A DNA stretch of 50,648 nucleotides, filler included, from a bacterium (GCA_040757115.1; 3 parts of 3 records of this genome joined end to end with filler, not necessarily neighbours in it), one strand, 5' to 3'. Shown: positions 18,664-29,539, counted from the first letter of the whole stretch. A program made the numbers and translations. Notes: generated by a model not told the origin, from the sequence alone.

Positions 18664-19210
18664 CAACCTGTGAAATAGGAATATTTTGATCGTGGTTAGT
18701 GTAAGAAGGGGGATAAGGGGATAAAGGAGATATGGAGATATCAGAAGAATATCAAGAAAATCTACTTACTGAGATAATAATTCAATGTATTATCAAGACA
18801 CACCAGACACTGGGTCCAGGCTTCCTGGAAAGTATTTACCGCAGGGCAATGGTAATTGAACTTACAAAACAGGGATTGAGAGTTGAGACAGAGAAAGAAA
18901 TACTAATCTACTACGAAGGAGAAGAAGTTGAGAAACACAGATTGGATATTCTTGTAGAAAGCAAGGTAATAGTAGAACTAAAAACGGTGGAGGAATTAAG
19001 CAAAGCTCATTATGCTCAGGTTCGCTCATATTTAAAAGCTACAGGTGTAAAGGTGGCTCTTCTTGTAAACTTTGCTAAAGAAAAGGCAGATTTTAGAAGA
19101 GTGGAATTAGAATAATATCCCCTTATCTCCTTAATCTCCCTATCTCCTTTTCTTACACCAAATAGTGTGGTATAATTTTATTTTCCCAGTTCGACCTATT
19201 TCACAGGTCG
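18664..19210. mobile_element. CGACCTG-family element containing a GxxExxY gene
   Basis: CAACCTGTGAAATAGG..CCTATTTCACAGGTCG; inner GTGTAAGAA..TTCTTACAC (18699-19158). Confidence 0.8.
18732..19115 (+). CDS. GxxExxY protein (PD-(D/E)XK-like)
   Basis: LGPGFLESIY, RLDILVE, VELK, AQVRSYLK, LLVNF. Confidence 0.93.
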   Translation: MEISEEYQENLLTEIIIQCIIKTHQTLGPGFLESIYRRAMVIELTKQGLRVETEKEILIYYEGEEVEKHRLDILVESKVIVELKTVEELSKAHYAQVRSYLKATGVKVALLVNFAKEKADFRRVELE

Positions 19211-19439
19211 AAAAATTTCGACCTGTACGGTTAGGTTTAGGGGGACCGTTCAGGTGGGTGAAACGCAAGATGTTTGGTGATAATTGCTGGTGCCCCACTA
19301 CATATATTAACCACCTCTTTTTATAGGCTCAAAAAAGGAAGCAAAACAGTCTCTCAAAATACTATATTTTGTGTTTTGTAATTCCTAAAAGCCCAAATGT
19401 AGTGGCTGAACGGTTACTAAAAATGTAAGCCTGCTCCTG

Positions 19440-19687
19440 ACAGGTTTACGGAGGTTGGGATTTTTCCATATCTATCAGCCAGCTCTTCTTCAATTTCTTG
19501 TAAGGATTTAAAATCTTGGGTTAAAGATATTTTTATAGATGGCATACCGTTGAGTAGTATCCTTGATATATTCTTCTGGGATATAGGTATCACAGAGCAA
19601 ATCCATTATGGGCAAGGTATCATCAGGTATTTGTTCGTCTTTTAATTTATCTATGGTTTCTTGAAGTAACCTACAGTACAAGTCAAA
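19440..19687 (-). pseudogene. mfd: Frameshifted fragment of the Mfd C-terminal (TRCF) region
   Basis: FDLYCRLLQETI...TYIPEEYIKD..QRYAIYK, frameshift, then LQEIEEELADRYGKIP. Confidence 0.75.
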
Positions 19688-19697
19688 TCTCCGCTAC

Positions 19698-20690
19698 CTA
19701 CAAATACCCGTACCTTTTAAACCAGTAAAATGCTTTTTTAATTGATTCATCAATAGGTGTTTGAGGGGAAAACTCTATTCCCTTGATTGCTTTTTGAGGG
19801 GTAAAATAATGGTTAACATAGCCCATCTTTGATAGACCTACCGTAATCATAGGTTCTTTTTTAGAAATGTGTTTACTCCATTGCTCAGATAAATAACTCA
19901 TTCCCATAGATAGTGAATAGGGTATTCTCATCGTTGGAGGTTTTACACCTACTATCTGAGCAATCTTTTCAAATATCTCTCTATAGGTTAAATTCTGACT
20001 CGCTAAAATATACCTTTCGCCCACTTTGCCATTTTTAAGCGCTAAAAAGTGTCCCTTGGCTACATCCTCTACATCAACAAAATTGTTCCCTCCTGGAGGA
20101 TAACCTATAATCTTGCCTTTAGCCATCTCTAATATCATTCGTCCTGAGGTAGGTTTTATATCCCACTCTCCAAACATATACGAAGGATTTACTATAATTA
20201 ATGGAAGTCCTTTTCCCAGTATCTGTTGAGCTTTTATTTCCGCCTCATACTTACTATTAATGTAATCTATGTCTAAATATCCTAAATTGAAAGATGTAGT
20301 TTCATCCGCAGGTTCTCCCTTTTTAATCCCAATAGTCGAAACAGTACTTGTATATACTACTTTCTCCACATTACTTTTAAGGGCTTCTTCAAGCACATTT
20401 ATTGTCCCTCCGACATTAACATCCCACATCATCTTTTTAGCCTGCTTATTCGGAACCCATAAGGAAACTATTCCGGCGGTATGAAACACCACATCACATC
20501 CTTTTAAAGCGTTGGCAATAGATTCTCTATTCAAAACATCACCATAGAATTTCTCAATATCTAACCTCTCCAGCCCTAATGTATTGCTTGTATTTCTAAT
20601 GAGGGCTCTTACCATTAGTCCTTCTTGAATAAGTCTTCTTACCAGATTTACCCCTAAAAACCCAGTTGCTCCTGTAACTAATACCTTCAT
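19698..20690 (-). CDS. NAD-dependent epimerase/dehydratase (extended SDR, HpnA/DFR-like)
   Basis: TGATGFLG, YTST, YINSK catalytic motif. Confidence 0.9.
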   Translation of the reverse strand: MKVLVTGATGFLGVNLVRRLIQEGLMVRALIRNTSNTLGLERLDIEKFYGDVLNRESIANALKGCDVVFHTAGIVSLWVPNKQAKKMMWDVNVGGTINVLEEALKSNVEKVVYTSTVSTIGIKKGEPADETTSFNLGYLDIDYINSKYEAEIKAQQILGKGLPLIIVNPSYMFGEWDIKPTSGRMILEMAKGKIIGYPPGGNNFVDVEDVAKGHFLALKNGKVGERYILASQNLTYREIFEKIAQIVGVKPPTMRIPYSLSMGMSYLSEQWSKHISKKEPMITVGLSKMGYVNHYFTPQKAIKGIEFSPQTPIDESIKKAFYWFKRYGYL

Positions 20691-21890
20691 TTACTCATAC
20701 CGTAATGCGACAATAGGGTCTAGATTTGATGCTTTGTAGGCAGGATAAATCCCGGAGAACATCCCTATTCCTAATGAAAAACTTACTGCCAGAATGATTG
20801 AATTTAACGAAATTACAGTTGGTATTTTGATAAATATAGAGGCAATATTTGCCAGAAGGATTCCTCCACCTATTCCAAGACACCCTCCAATGGTGGATAT
20901 TGTTACCGCTTCAATTAAGAATTGTCCCATAATGTCTTTGCCCCTTGCACCAATTGCCTTTCTTATCCCTATCTCCTTTCTCCTTTCCAAAACAGCGGTA
21001 AGCATCATATTCATTATACCAATCCCACCAACTAATAATGAGATACAGGCAATTGCTACCCCAACTAAAGTAAGGGTTTGGTTTATTTGGGTATAAGTTT
21101 TTATAAATTCTTCTGAAGATTCTGCATTATACTTTCCTCTATTCTGGTGTCGTTTCTTAAGAAAATTAATAATGAAAGAAGAAGCCTCTTCAACACTTAT
21201 AGAGGGGATAAATCGAACCTGTAAAAAATCTATGACCTCCTTTTTGTCTTTCTCAGCTATTCTAATAGCAATGTTATAAGGGATAAAAATTGCGTCTCCA
21301 ACCCAACCTCCAATAGTCATTACTCCTATGTGCCTCCAGGCCATTACTCCAACCACTACGAATTTTTCCCTGCCTATTCTTATAACCTTTCCTATCGGAT
21401 TTTCTTCTTTAAAGAATGTCTCTGAGATATCTTTTCCTATTATGCAGACATGATGTTGTAATTTTATATCCAAATTATTAATTAATCGTCCCATAATGAG
21501 AACACAACCTTCACCATGGAAAAAGTCAGAAGAAGTTACACCATGAATACTCACTTTATCTTTAACCTTACCTTTCGTCACTATCTTTTCTATGTTAATT
21601 CTTGGTTTACTGCTTTCTACAATAGGCAATCGTTCAATTGCTCTTGCATCTTCTAATGTTATCCTTCCTTTCTGATTTGTATTGGGATCATACTCAGAAT
21701 ATATATCTATAGTATTGATACCTAACTCTTCCAACAGGTTAAGAACCTGTTTTTTTGTTCCATTCCCTATGGATATAAGGGAAACAATCGCTCCTATTCC
21801 AATAAATATACTTAATATGGCTAATATAGAACGTGTTTTATTTCCCCAGATGCCTATAAAGGCTATCCTTACCCATTCTCTAACTTTCAT
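20691..21890 (-). CDS. MacB/FtsX-type ABC permease
   Basis: VGGIGIMNMML..V.ERRKEIGIRKAIGA, ALRYE end. Confidence 0.93.
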   Translation of the reverse strand: MKVREWVRIAFIGIWGNKTRSILAILSIFIGIGAIVSLISIGNGTKKQVLNLLEELGINTIDIYSEYDPNTNQKGRITLEDARAIERLPIVESSKPRINIEKIVTKGKVKDKVSIHGVTSSDFFHGEGCVLIMGRLINNLDIKLQHHVCIIGKDISETFFKEENPIGKVIRIGREKFVVVGVMAWRHIGVMTIGGWVGDAIFIPYNIAIRIAEKDKKEVIDFLQVRFIPSISVEEASSFIINFLKKRHQNRGKYNAESSEEFIKTYTQINQTLTLVGVAIACISLLVGGIGIMNMMLTAVLERRKEIGIRKAIGARGKDIMGQFLIEAVTISTIGGCLGIGGGILLANIASIFIKIPTVISLNSIILAVSFSLGIGMFSGIYPAYKASNLDPIVALRYE

Positions 21891-22567
21891 CTATTTCTTT
21901 CACCTATTATTTTCCCATCTTGAAGGTAAATAACTCTTTTTGCAAAGGAGGCAATATGTTCATCATGGGTAACCACTAAGATAGTCTTCCCTTCTTGAGA
22001 TAGGGAAATGAAGATGGCCATAATTTCATTTCCACATTTAGTATCTAAATTACCTGTTGGTTCATCGGCTAAGATTAGTGTCGGGGTATTGGCAAGTGCT
22101 CGCGCAATAGCTACTCGCTGTTGTTCTCCACCAGATAACTCATTAGGTCTATGATTTCTTCTATCAAAAAGTCCTACCTTCTCCAATAAATATAAACTCC
22201 TTTCTCTACACTCTCTTCTCACCGCCCCTCTATAAACAAGAGGTAATTCAACATTCAAAAGGGCAGAATATTGTGGCAGTAAATTAAAACTTTGGAAGAT
22301 AAAACCTATTTTTTTATTTCTGGTCATAGCCACTTTGTCTCCATTGAAATTATTTACATATTCACCTTCAAAATAATGAAATCCTGAACTTGGAACATCT
22401 AAAAGTCCAATGATATTAAGTAAAGTTGACTTGCCAGAACCTGAAGGACCCATAATAGCTGTAAATTCCCCAGAACTAATTTGAAGCGAGATACCAGCTA
22501 AGGCACAAATATCCACACTACCCATTTTGTAAATCTTAAAGATATCCTTTAATTCTATTATTCTCAT
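21887..22567 (-). CDS. ABC ATP-binding protein (LolD/MacB type)
   Basis: [25 protein letters not shown]. Confidence 0.95.
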   Translation of the reverse strand: MRIIELKDIFKIYKMGSVDICALAGISLQISSGEFTAIMGPSGSGKSTLLNIIGLLDVPSSGFHYFEGEYVNNFNGDKVAMTRNKKIGFIFQSFNLLPQYSALLNVELPLVYRGAVRRECRERSLYLLEKVGLFDRRNHRPNELSGGEQQRVAIARALANTPTLILADEPTGNLDTKCGNEIMAIFISLSQEGKTILVVTHDEHIASFAKRVIYLQDGKIIGERNR

Positions 22568-22573
22568 AGCCTT

Positions 22574-23824
22574 CTATAAATTCCTTTCCCTTACCTTTAC
22601 CCCAGCGGATATTTTCTCCTTATTTGAAGTAATGATTTTCTCTCCTTCTTGCAATCCCTTTTTTATAACCACCTCTACTTCATTACTTACGCCAATTTCT
22701 ACCTTTTTCATCCTGGCAGACGAACCTTCTACCGTATAAACAAAGTATCTTCCATCTTTGTTTATTAAGGCATTTTGAGGAATAACTAATACATCCTTCA
22801 TTTTGTCAATAGTTATCTCTATATCCGCCGATAAATTGGGTATCAAAAGTAAGTCCGAAGGGAATTTTTTTAATTCAATAATTGCTTCCATATAAGGATA
22901 TTCTCCGGATGTAGCACATGGAATAATCTTCATAATTTCGCCTTCTAAATAATTCCTATCCGCAGGTAGCCACTCCCCAGTAATAGTGGCTTTCAGACAT
23001 GGCTTTACTCTATTTATATCTAACTCCTCAATCTTAGCTTTAAGTAATGGTTTGTCTAAATTCATTATTTTAAATAGAGTTTCTCCAACCAGGACATATT
23101 CTTTTAAACCAACTATGTCTTCTATTATTACGCCATTAATTGGCGAGATTATTTCTGTCTCTTTTAACTCATTCTCCGCCTTCTTAAGAATTTCTTTATC
23201 TAATTTTAATTTCTTCTCTACTTCAGACAAATCATCCTTCCATACTTTCTCATAGTGTTCTATATCTACCTTCAATTGTGTTACATGGAGTTGTGCATCT
23301 TTAATTTCTTTGGTCAAAGAATCTAATTCAGGTAAAGAGATACTCTTTTTTTCATATAGCTCTTTGTAAATACATTCTTTCTTCTTAAGGTATTCCAAAT
23401 TAGTATTTGCTTTGATGAGTTCATTTTTTGCCTTTGTCAGTTCATAAGGAGAATCTTTTAATCTATTTAATGAATTCTCATCTTTGATGAGGTTAAACTC
23501 TGCCTCTTTTAATGCTACTAGATATGGGGTTTTATCTATTTTTAAGAGCACCTTATCTTTCTTTACATATTCACCCTCTTTTATTGTTTTGAGGATTATC
23601 TTTCCTGAGACAGATGTTTTAATTTCTACGGATTCTTCAGGAATTATTCTTCCTGTGGTAGATAAGGTAGAAATAAAATCCTTCTTTTTTACCGATGTTA
23701 CATCTACATTACAAATAGGTGATTTTTTAATGGTTGTAAAGATAAAAATGGGTATAAGTAATAGGATTAGTAGCCCAATTATTAAAATAGAAACTTTTTT
23801 ATGAAGATTGATTGATTTTTTCAT
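22574..23824 (-). CDS. Periplasmic adaptor / membrane fusion protein (MacA-like)
   Basis: N-terminal anchor, SG.I and SPING lipoyl halves, coiled coil, GLQEGEKI. Confidence 0.9.
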   Translation of the reverse strand: MKKSINLHKKVSILIIGLLILLLIPIFIFTTIKKSPICNVDVTSVKKKDFISTLSTTGRIIPEESVEIKTSVSGKIILKTIKEGEYVKKDKVLLKIDKTPYLVALKEAEFNLIKDENSLNRLKDSPYELTKAKNELIKANTNLEYLKKKECIYKELYEKKSISLPELDSLTKEIKDAQLHVTQLKVDIEHYEKVWKDDLSEVEKKLKLDKEILKKAENELKETEIISPINGVIIEDIVGLKEYVLVGETLFKIMNLDKPLLKAKIEELDINRVKPCLKATITGEWLPADRNYLEGEIMKIIPCATSGEYPYMEAIIELKKFPSDLLLIPNLSADIEITIDKMKDVLVIPQNALINKDGRYFVYTVEGSSARMKKVEIGVSNEVEVVIKKGLQEGEKIITSNKEKISAGVKVRERNL

Positions 23825-25209
23825 TTTTCCTCCGGTCCACTAATTTCAAAAAATTCAATTTTAGCTATTTGGTGGTCAAATAGAGTTTCTATCTTCTCTA
23901 AGATAATTTTATCCAAAGTAATTTGTTTATCACACAAATCTTCCTCTGCAATTATTTTTGCATCATATTGAGTTTGTGCAATGATAAGGTCTTGGCAGGC
24001 TATTTTTTCACTTTCTTGAAGCAGTTCAATTTGTCTTTCAAGATTTTTTATTTTAAGATACTTTTGGCGTGTAATAGATGTTATTTCTTTTTTTAGTGCT
24101 TCAAGGGTAAGTTGAGCGGCAGAATATTTATTTAAAGATGCTTTTATGTCAGAAGTAACCTCTCCACCAGTGAAAAAAGGTAAGGTAATATTTATTCTGA
24201 CATTCCATTCTTTATTAAAATCATCAAGACTTTTTTTTAAGTTTTCATCAGATCTATCATAACCATAATTCCCAGTAATCATAGCAGAAACCTTTCTGCC
24301 ACTGCGAGCTAAATTAATCTCTTTTTCTTTCAACCTAATTTCTAATTGCTGAACTTGAATTTGCAGGTTATCTTCTAATGCTTTAGAAATTGCTTCTTTT
24401 AACTGTCCTTCATAAGGGATATAGTCAGGTATAATATTAAAGTCAAATTCAGGTAAAGTATCAACATCAAGTAATTGTAAAAATTCTTCTCTTTTTCTTT
24501 CATAGATATCTTCAATCTTCATTAAATCATTTTTTGCAGTTAGAACCTCTAATTTTTTATTTAAGAGTAGAGAAGTGGTAATTATGCCCGCATCTAATTT
24601 AGATTCATACTTTTTTAGTTGTTCTTCTTTGATGTTTAATAACTTTTGATTTAATTCTATCATCTTCCTATATTTAAGTAATTCATAATAATTTCTTGAA
24701 ACTTGATAGACCAATTGTTTTTTTATTGATTCAAGATTAATTTTGGCTATTAAATATTGAATTTGTGCGATAGAAATATTGGTTGAAATCTGACCATTAT
24801 CAAGTAACCATTGGGTTAGTCCAATATTTATGTTATTAGTATATTTTTTGGAATCTTCAGCATAAAATATATTCTTATATACCTCACGGTAGTCTTGTGG
24901 TATCCAACTTGGAACATCCTCTACTGACTTTTGATATGGGCTAAATTCTGTCTTGTTGTAGCCAGAATCTATATTGAGATAAAGATGTGGTAACCATTTT
25001 GCCCATGCCTTTTTAATATTGGCTTCTAAAGAAGCAATCTCTTTTAATGCTGATTGAAGTTTTAGACTATTCTTCAAGGCAATTTGAATACCATCCTCTA
25101 AAGTTAAAGGTTGGTGATTTTTAGCTTCTTGAGCTAAATTTTCTTTTGGTGTTAATATTAAAATAAATATTAATATTAATCTTCCTAAAAAAAAGATTCG
25201 ATACAGCAT
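23821..25209 (-). CDS. TolC-family outer-membrane efflux protein
   Basis: Signal peptide, LTLED.IQIALKN, LPFFTGG, two-repeat layout. Confidence 0.88.
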   Translation of the reverse strand: MLYRIFFLGRLILIFILILTPKENLAQEAKNHQPLTLEDGIQIALKNSLKLQSALKEIASLEANIKKAWAKWLPHLYLNIDSGYNKTEFSPYQKSVEDVPSWIPQDYREVYKNIFYAEDSKKYTNNINIGLTQWLLDNGQISTNISIAQIQYLIAKINLESIKKQLVYQVSRNYYELLKYRKMIELNQKLLNIKEEQLKKYESKLDAGIITTSLLLNKKLEVLTAKNDLMKIEDIYERKREEFLQLLDVDTLPEFDFNIIPDYIPYEGQLKEAISKALEDNLQIQVQQLEIRLKEKEINLARSGRKVSAMITGNYGYDRSDENLKKSLDDFNKEWNVRINITLPFFTGGEVTSDIKASLNKYSAAQLTLEALKKEITSITRQKYLKIKNLERQIELLQESEKIACQDLIIAQTQYDAKIIAEEDLCDKQITLDKIILEKIETLFDHQIAKIEFFEISGPEEK

Positions 25210-25222
25210 TTATTCTTAGTAT

Positions 25223-25708
25223 TTAGAAAAAGATATCCTTTACCAAATCGAAAAATTTCTTTGATAAACTCTTTTTCTCTTTTTCCCCTTTCGTGATGAT
25301 AATAATTATAGTTACTACCACGCTGATAATTATAGCCAGAGTAGGGATAAAAAAACCAAAAACCCTATAGCTTATAGAAATTAATGCGTAACTTCCTATC
25401 AAAGTAATAAAAAGACCTATAAATATGGCACATATAATAAGTGGCTTGATAATAAGATTTAAGATAGTGTTATAGATGAGTTTGAGAATCTCTCCGCTCT
25501 TGAGTATATTTTTTTCTATGGTGGTAAGACTATCTTTTCTAAGACGAACTCGATAAATAAATATACCCACTAATATCCCTAAGGCAATAAAAAATATATC
25601 CCTTAGTGTAATCCAATGAGTGATTATATTTTCGATTAATATCTTTAAAGTGGCAATGCAATTGAACCACCATGGTAAATAATGATTGATGACATCATTT
25701 AACAACAT
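25223..25708 (-). CDS. Small multi-pass membrane protein
   Basis: Three or more hydrophobic helices; first gene of the efflux module. Confidence 0.65.
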   Translation of the reverse strand: MLLNDVINHYLPWWFNCIATLKILIENIITHWITLRDIFFIALGILVGIFIYRVRLRKDSLTTIEKNILKSGEILKLIYNTILNLIIKPLIICAIFIGLFITLIGSYALISISYRVFGFFIPTLAIIISVVVTIIIIITKGEKEKKSLSKKFFDLVKDIFF

Positions 25709-25789
25709 TTAACTATTCCAGACAGAAACAGATTTTTCTGCTTCTGTTAATTTGAAATTTGCTCTCATCCCTGATTTGAACCTACCTAC

Positions 25790-25818
25790 ATAATACTCGA
25801 ACTTAAAGCAAAAGTCAA
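25790..25818 (-). promoter_or_regulatory. Possible internal promoter for the efflux module
   Basis: TTGACT-17-TATTAT in the 137-nt intergenic gap. Confidence 0.45.
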
Positions 25819-25845
25819 CTGTTTTCTACATTGTTTTATAAAATT

Positions 25846-27618
25846 CTAACTAAAGTTATAAGAGCATGTGGCATCTTCTATTCTTTGAAACTGTCTTTGA
25901 AACAGACGATAATAATATCCCTTTTCTTTAATTAAATCAAAATGTGAGCCCATTTCTACAAGTTTACCCTGATGTAATACAATTATTTTCTCAGCGTTTA
26001 TAACAGTTCCCACACGATGGGCAATAATAATAGTGGTTTTCCCTTTAATAAGATTTATTAATAAGTTATGGAATTCTATTTCTGCTTTTGGGTCTAAAGA
26101 TGAGGTAGCTTCATCTAAGATAAATATATTGGGATTCTTTAGCAGGGCTCTAGCAATTGTAATAAATTGTCGTTCTCCTCCAGATAATTTTATTCCTCCT
26201 TCTCCAACCATTGTCTGATATTTATTGGGAAGGGCAGTAATAGAGTTATGAATCCCTACAGTTTTTGCCACTGCAATAATTTCTTCTTCACTTGCGTTTT
26301 TCTTACCAAAGGCAATGTTATCATAAATAGAGCCATTAAATAAAATTGTCTCCTGAGGGATATATCCAATCCTTTCTCTTAAAGAGCTAATAGTAACATC
26401 TTTAATATCCCGATTGTCAATTTTGACCTTTCCATTAGTTGGATCATAAAATCGAAGGAGGAGGTTTATCAAAGAGCTCTTGCCTGAACCATTAAGTCCT
26501 ACCAAAGTTACAATTTCCCCTGGTTTTATCTCTAAATTAATATCCTTTAAAGCAAAAAAATTATCTTCATAGCGCAGGGAAACTTTTTCAAATTGAATAT
26601 GTCCTTTTATTCTATTAGTGAAGGGGAAAGCATCAGATTTATCTTTTATTTCAGATTCAATAGATAAAATCTCATAGATTCTATCAAGAGAGGCTAATGA
26701 TCTTTGAAAATCAATATAAAAATTACTCACACCAGTTAGAGAATCTGTCAATAGATATAAATAGAATAATAATCCTCCCAGCGTTCCTGGAGTTAATAAC
26801 CCTTGATTAATCTCATATCCTCCATACCAGATAATGAGTATTAGGAAAAATGGATTTAAAAAATTTATTAAAGAACCAAAACCAGCATATATCTTTTCTT
26901 CTTTTAAAGAAGATGAAAGGAGATGACTACTTTCTTTTGAGAATCGGTCAATCATCTTATTTTCTTGAACAAATGACTGAATAATCTTTATGGAAGGGAA
27001 AAGTTCCTGAAAAAGGGCATTTATCTTGCCTGTTTTTACCCGGATATCATAGCTTATTTTTCTCATTTTTTCTCCAATTTTAACCGTAAGAAAGGCTATA
27101 ATTACTATTCCAGATATCATAATTATTGATATTTTCCACGAAAGTATAAAAATAATAACCAATCCTCCTATTGAGAATAGTGTATCTTTCAAAAAATAGA
27201 GGAAATCTAAAATGACTCCATATTGGATTTGGTTGAGGTCGTTAAATGCTCGAGAGCAAATCTCTCCTGACTGTCTGTTTTTAAAGAAACTGAGTGGTAG
27301 ATTAATTAAGTGAGAATAAAGGTTTTCCCTCAGATCTACCGTAATCCTTTCTCCAATATATCTTGCCAAATAATTTAGACAATATTGGAACAATTCCCTA
27401 AATAGTATTATGATTAGGCAAAGTAAACATAATTCTGAAATAACCCATATCCTTTTTCCTTTTTGCAATATACCATCAATAATTTCCTTTATTAATAAAG
27501 GAAACCATAAGTTCAAGATAGTTATAAAAATAAGGAATATAGAAACTATTACCATCTTAATTTTATATTCCTTCAGATAAATTAATATTATTGAGAATAA
27601 TTTTGTTGTATTATTCAA
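25846..27618 (-). CDS. ABC exporter, fused permease + ATPase, no peptidase domain
   Basis: TM domain, GLNGSGKS, LSGGERQ, LDEATSSLD. Confidence 0.93.
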   Translation of the reverse strand: MNNTTKLFSIILIYLKEYKIKMVIVSIFLIFITILNLWFPLLIKEIIDGILQKGKRIWVISELCLLCLIIILFRELFQYCLNYLARYIGERITVDLRENLYSHLINLPLSFFKNRQSGEICSRAFNDLNQIQYGVILDFLYFLKDTLFSIGGLVIIFILSWKISIIMISGIVIIAFLTVKIGEKMRKISYDIRVKTGKINALFQELFPSIKIIQSFVQENKMIDRFSKESSHLLSSSLKEEKIYAGFGSLINFLNPFFLILIIWYGGYEINQGLLTPGTLGGLLFYLYLLTDSLTGVSNFYIDFQRSLASLDRIYEILSIESEIKDKSDAFPFTNRIKGHIQFEKVSLRYEDNFFALKDINLEIKPGEIVTLVGLNGSGKSSLINLLLRFYDPTNGKVKIDNRDIKDVTISSLRERIGYIPQETILFNGSIYDNIAFGKKNASEEEIIAVAKTVGIHNSITALPNKYQTMVGEGGIKLSGGERQFITIARALLKNPNIFILDEATSSLDPKAEIEFHNLLINLIKGKTTIIIAHRVGTVINAEKIIVLHQGKLVEMGSHFDLIKEKGYYYRLFQRQFQRIEDATCSYNFS

Positions 27619-28777
27619 CTACCTTTATTCCTCCTTTAAACACTTTATTTATTAAGAATAAAACAAGCAAAGTAAATATTCTTATGACATCTCGAATATT
27701 CTCTGCCATAAAAATAGACGCTCCTATTGGAATACCATCTCTTCCCATTTTACTGAGTAACTTAGGCAAAAATTTATCATCAAAAAAATTCTCAACATCT
27801 TTAAACAATTTAAAGAATAATATTCTTTTAATCCTCCAAGGTTTTAAATCATCTAAAATTTTTAAAGGAATTGGAGCATCAAGTAATCTTTCGGCAAAAT
27901 AAAAAGTAAAATACATAGAATTTTTTATTCGATACTCATAAGATTTCTTAACTACATATTCCCAGTTTATCGTATAATAGGTAACAATATTTGTTATATC
28001 GCCTATAAGTTTCAATTCAAAGTTATGGTTAATAGATAGATGAGGACAGAGACTCAATAACATATCTTCGGGTGAAAGTATAAGTGTATTAACTTCCCCT
28101 AATTGAGAAAATTGGGCATTTTCCCATATATCTTTCATTTCTATTTTTTGAAATAAAACACCTTCAAATACTGTAGTATGAATCTCTAAAGGTATTTTTA
28201 CCTGTGGATGGATATACATAGGATGTAGCAGAATCTTTCTTTTTCTTTCTCTAAAAAGGACCCATAGTAGCCACTCTGCAATTTTTGAGACATTAATTTC
28301 TTCTTTATAATAAAGGACATAACCTAACTCATCTAACATTTTCTCACATTTGAACATATCCTCTTTGCGAACTAAAAGATCAATATCTCCAACTCCTCTT
28401 AGATATATAAGATTAGAATAGACTTTCTCTAAAGAATACCCTTTAAAAAGAATAACTTTTAGATTATTTTTATAGAATTTTTCTAAAATTCTATTTAGTT
28501 CCTTCTCATACCTTAAAGATTCAATAATGTACCTTTTATATAAATTCTCCAATTTCATTATAACTTCACATGATAATATCTCTTTTAGATTAATTCTCTT
28601 TAAATTGTAATATAGTAAAGCCTGAATATTATGAACCTTGGCCTTTTCTAATATATATCTCCAATTTAATTTTTCTTTTAAAAGTTCTATAACTTTATCA
28701 GATATATCCTTGTTGATTGTTACTCTTGTACAGTAGAGTAAAACTAAATTTTCTTTTAAAAATTTCTTTACTTTCAC
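27611..28777 (-). CDS. Nucleotidyltransferase family protein of the type found in lasso/PqqD clusters
   Basis: ILFKG..L..VY....R..GDIDLLV and LEIH motifs. Confidence 0.82.
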   Translation of the reverse strand: MKVKKFLKENLVLLYCTRVTINKDISDKVIELLKEKLNWRYILEKAKVHNIQALLYYNLKRINLKEILSCEVIMKLENLYKRYIIESLRYEKELNRILEKFYKNNLKVILFKGYSLEKVYSNLIYLRGVGDIDLLVRKEDMFKCEKMLDELGYVLYYKEEINVSKIAEWLLWVLFRERKRKILLHPMYIHPQVKIPLEIHTTVFEGVLFQKIEMKDIWENAQFSQLGEVNTLILSPEDMLLSLCPHLSINHNFELKLIGDITNIVTYYTINWEYVVKKSYEYRIKNSMYFTFYFAERLLDAPIPLKILDDLKPWRIKRILFFKLFKDVENFFDDKFLPKLLSKMGRDGIPIGASIFMAENIRDVIRIFTLLVLFLINKVFKGGIKVVE

Positions 28778-28801
28778 TGGTCAAATTTTCCAATTTTGAT
28801 A

Positions 28802-29428
28802 CTACAAAATTTCCCTCTTATTTTTCAGGAGTGTAGGATAAGGTAATTTTTTACTGCTGATTTTACTATACATGTTATAAATACCAAAGATAATTACCCA
28901 GGGGATTATAGTAATTATTTCGCCTATTTTACCTATAATCAGTGGGAAGTAGGATATTAAACATACCCTTTTTAATAAAGATATACATATCGCTACTGCA
29001 AATGAATATTTTGCTGTTAAATAAGAAAATATTTTTACTCTCTTATTCTCTAAATCTATTTTTAGTCCATTTTTTTTTATTATTTCTCTTACCTTACCTA
29101 TTACTTTTTCTTCTTCGACTAATTCATCAATAAAAAAAACAAAATCTCCTTTCGTTAAGAAACTTTTTCCCTTTATCTCTTGTTGTATTCTAATAACTCT
29201 ATGGCCAATAAACATCTCTTCTTCACCATAATGAACTACAATAATATCTCCTACTTTAATTTCCTCGGTAGGAATTTTCTTAATCAAGATCTTATCTGAA
29301 TAATTAATCCATGGAAACATACTCCACCCTTTTACTCCCGAATATAAAATTGCTCCTTTTTCTAAGCACTCTTTAGCTAATTCCAATTCAGTTTTTGTAT
29401 ATTTTTTGTTTTGTTGGACAAAATTCAT
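28802..29428 (-). CDS. S24/S26-family (signal-peptidase-like) peptidase
   Basis: GWSMFPWI (Ser), GDII, HRV (His), TKGD. Confidence 0.85.
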   Translation of the reverse strand: MNFVQQNKKYTKTELELAKECLEKGAILYSGVKGWSMFPWINYSDKILIKKIPTEEIKVGDIIVVHYGEEEMFIGHRVIRIQQEIKGKSFLTKGDFVFFIDELVEEEKVIGKVREIIKKNGLKIDLENKRVKIFSYLTAKYSFAVAICISLLKRVCLISYFPLIIGKIGEIITIIPWVIIFGIYNMYSKISSKKLPYPTLLKNKREIL

Positions 29429-29478
29429 TCTTCTCCTCTCCAGTAAGATTATAGTAAAGTACTATCTCCCACCTTTCT

Positions 29479-29522
29479 AAAAAGTCGCAGTTTACTTTGA
29501 TGAGTAAACTGCGACTTTTTTT
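29479..29522 (-). terminator. Perfect hairpin downstream of the precursor gene
   Basis: AAAAAGTCGCAGTTTACT-ttgatg-AGTAAACTGCGACTTTTT: 18-bp arms including the A/T tracts. Confidence 0.85.
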
Positions 29523-29539
29523 GTTAGACTACTTCGCTG

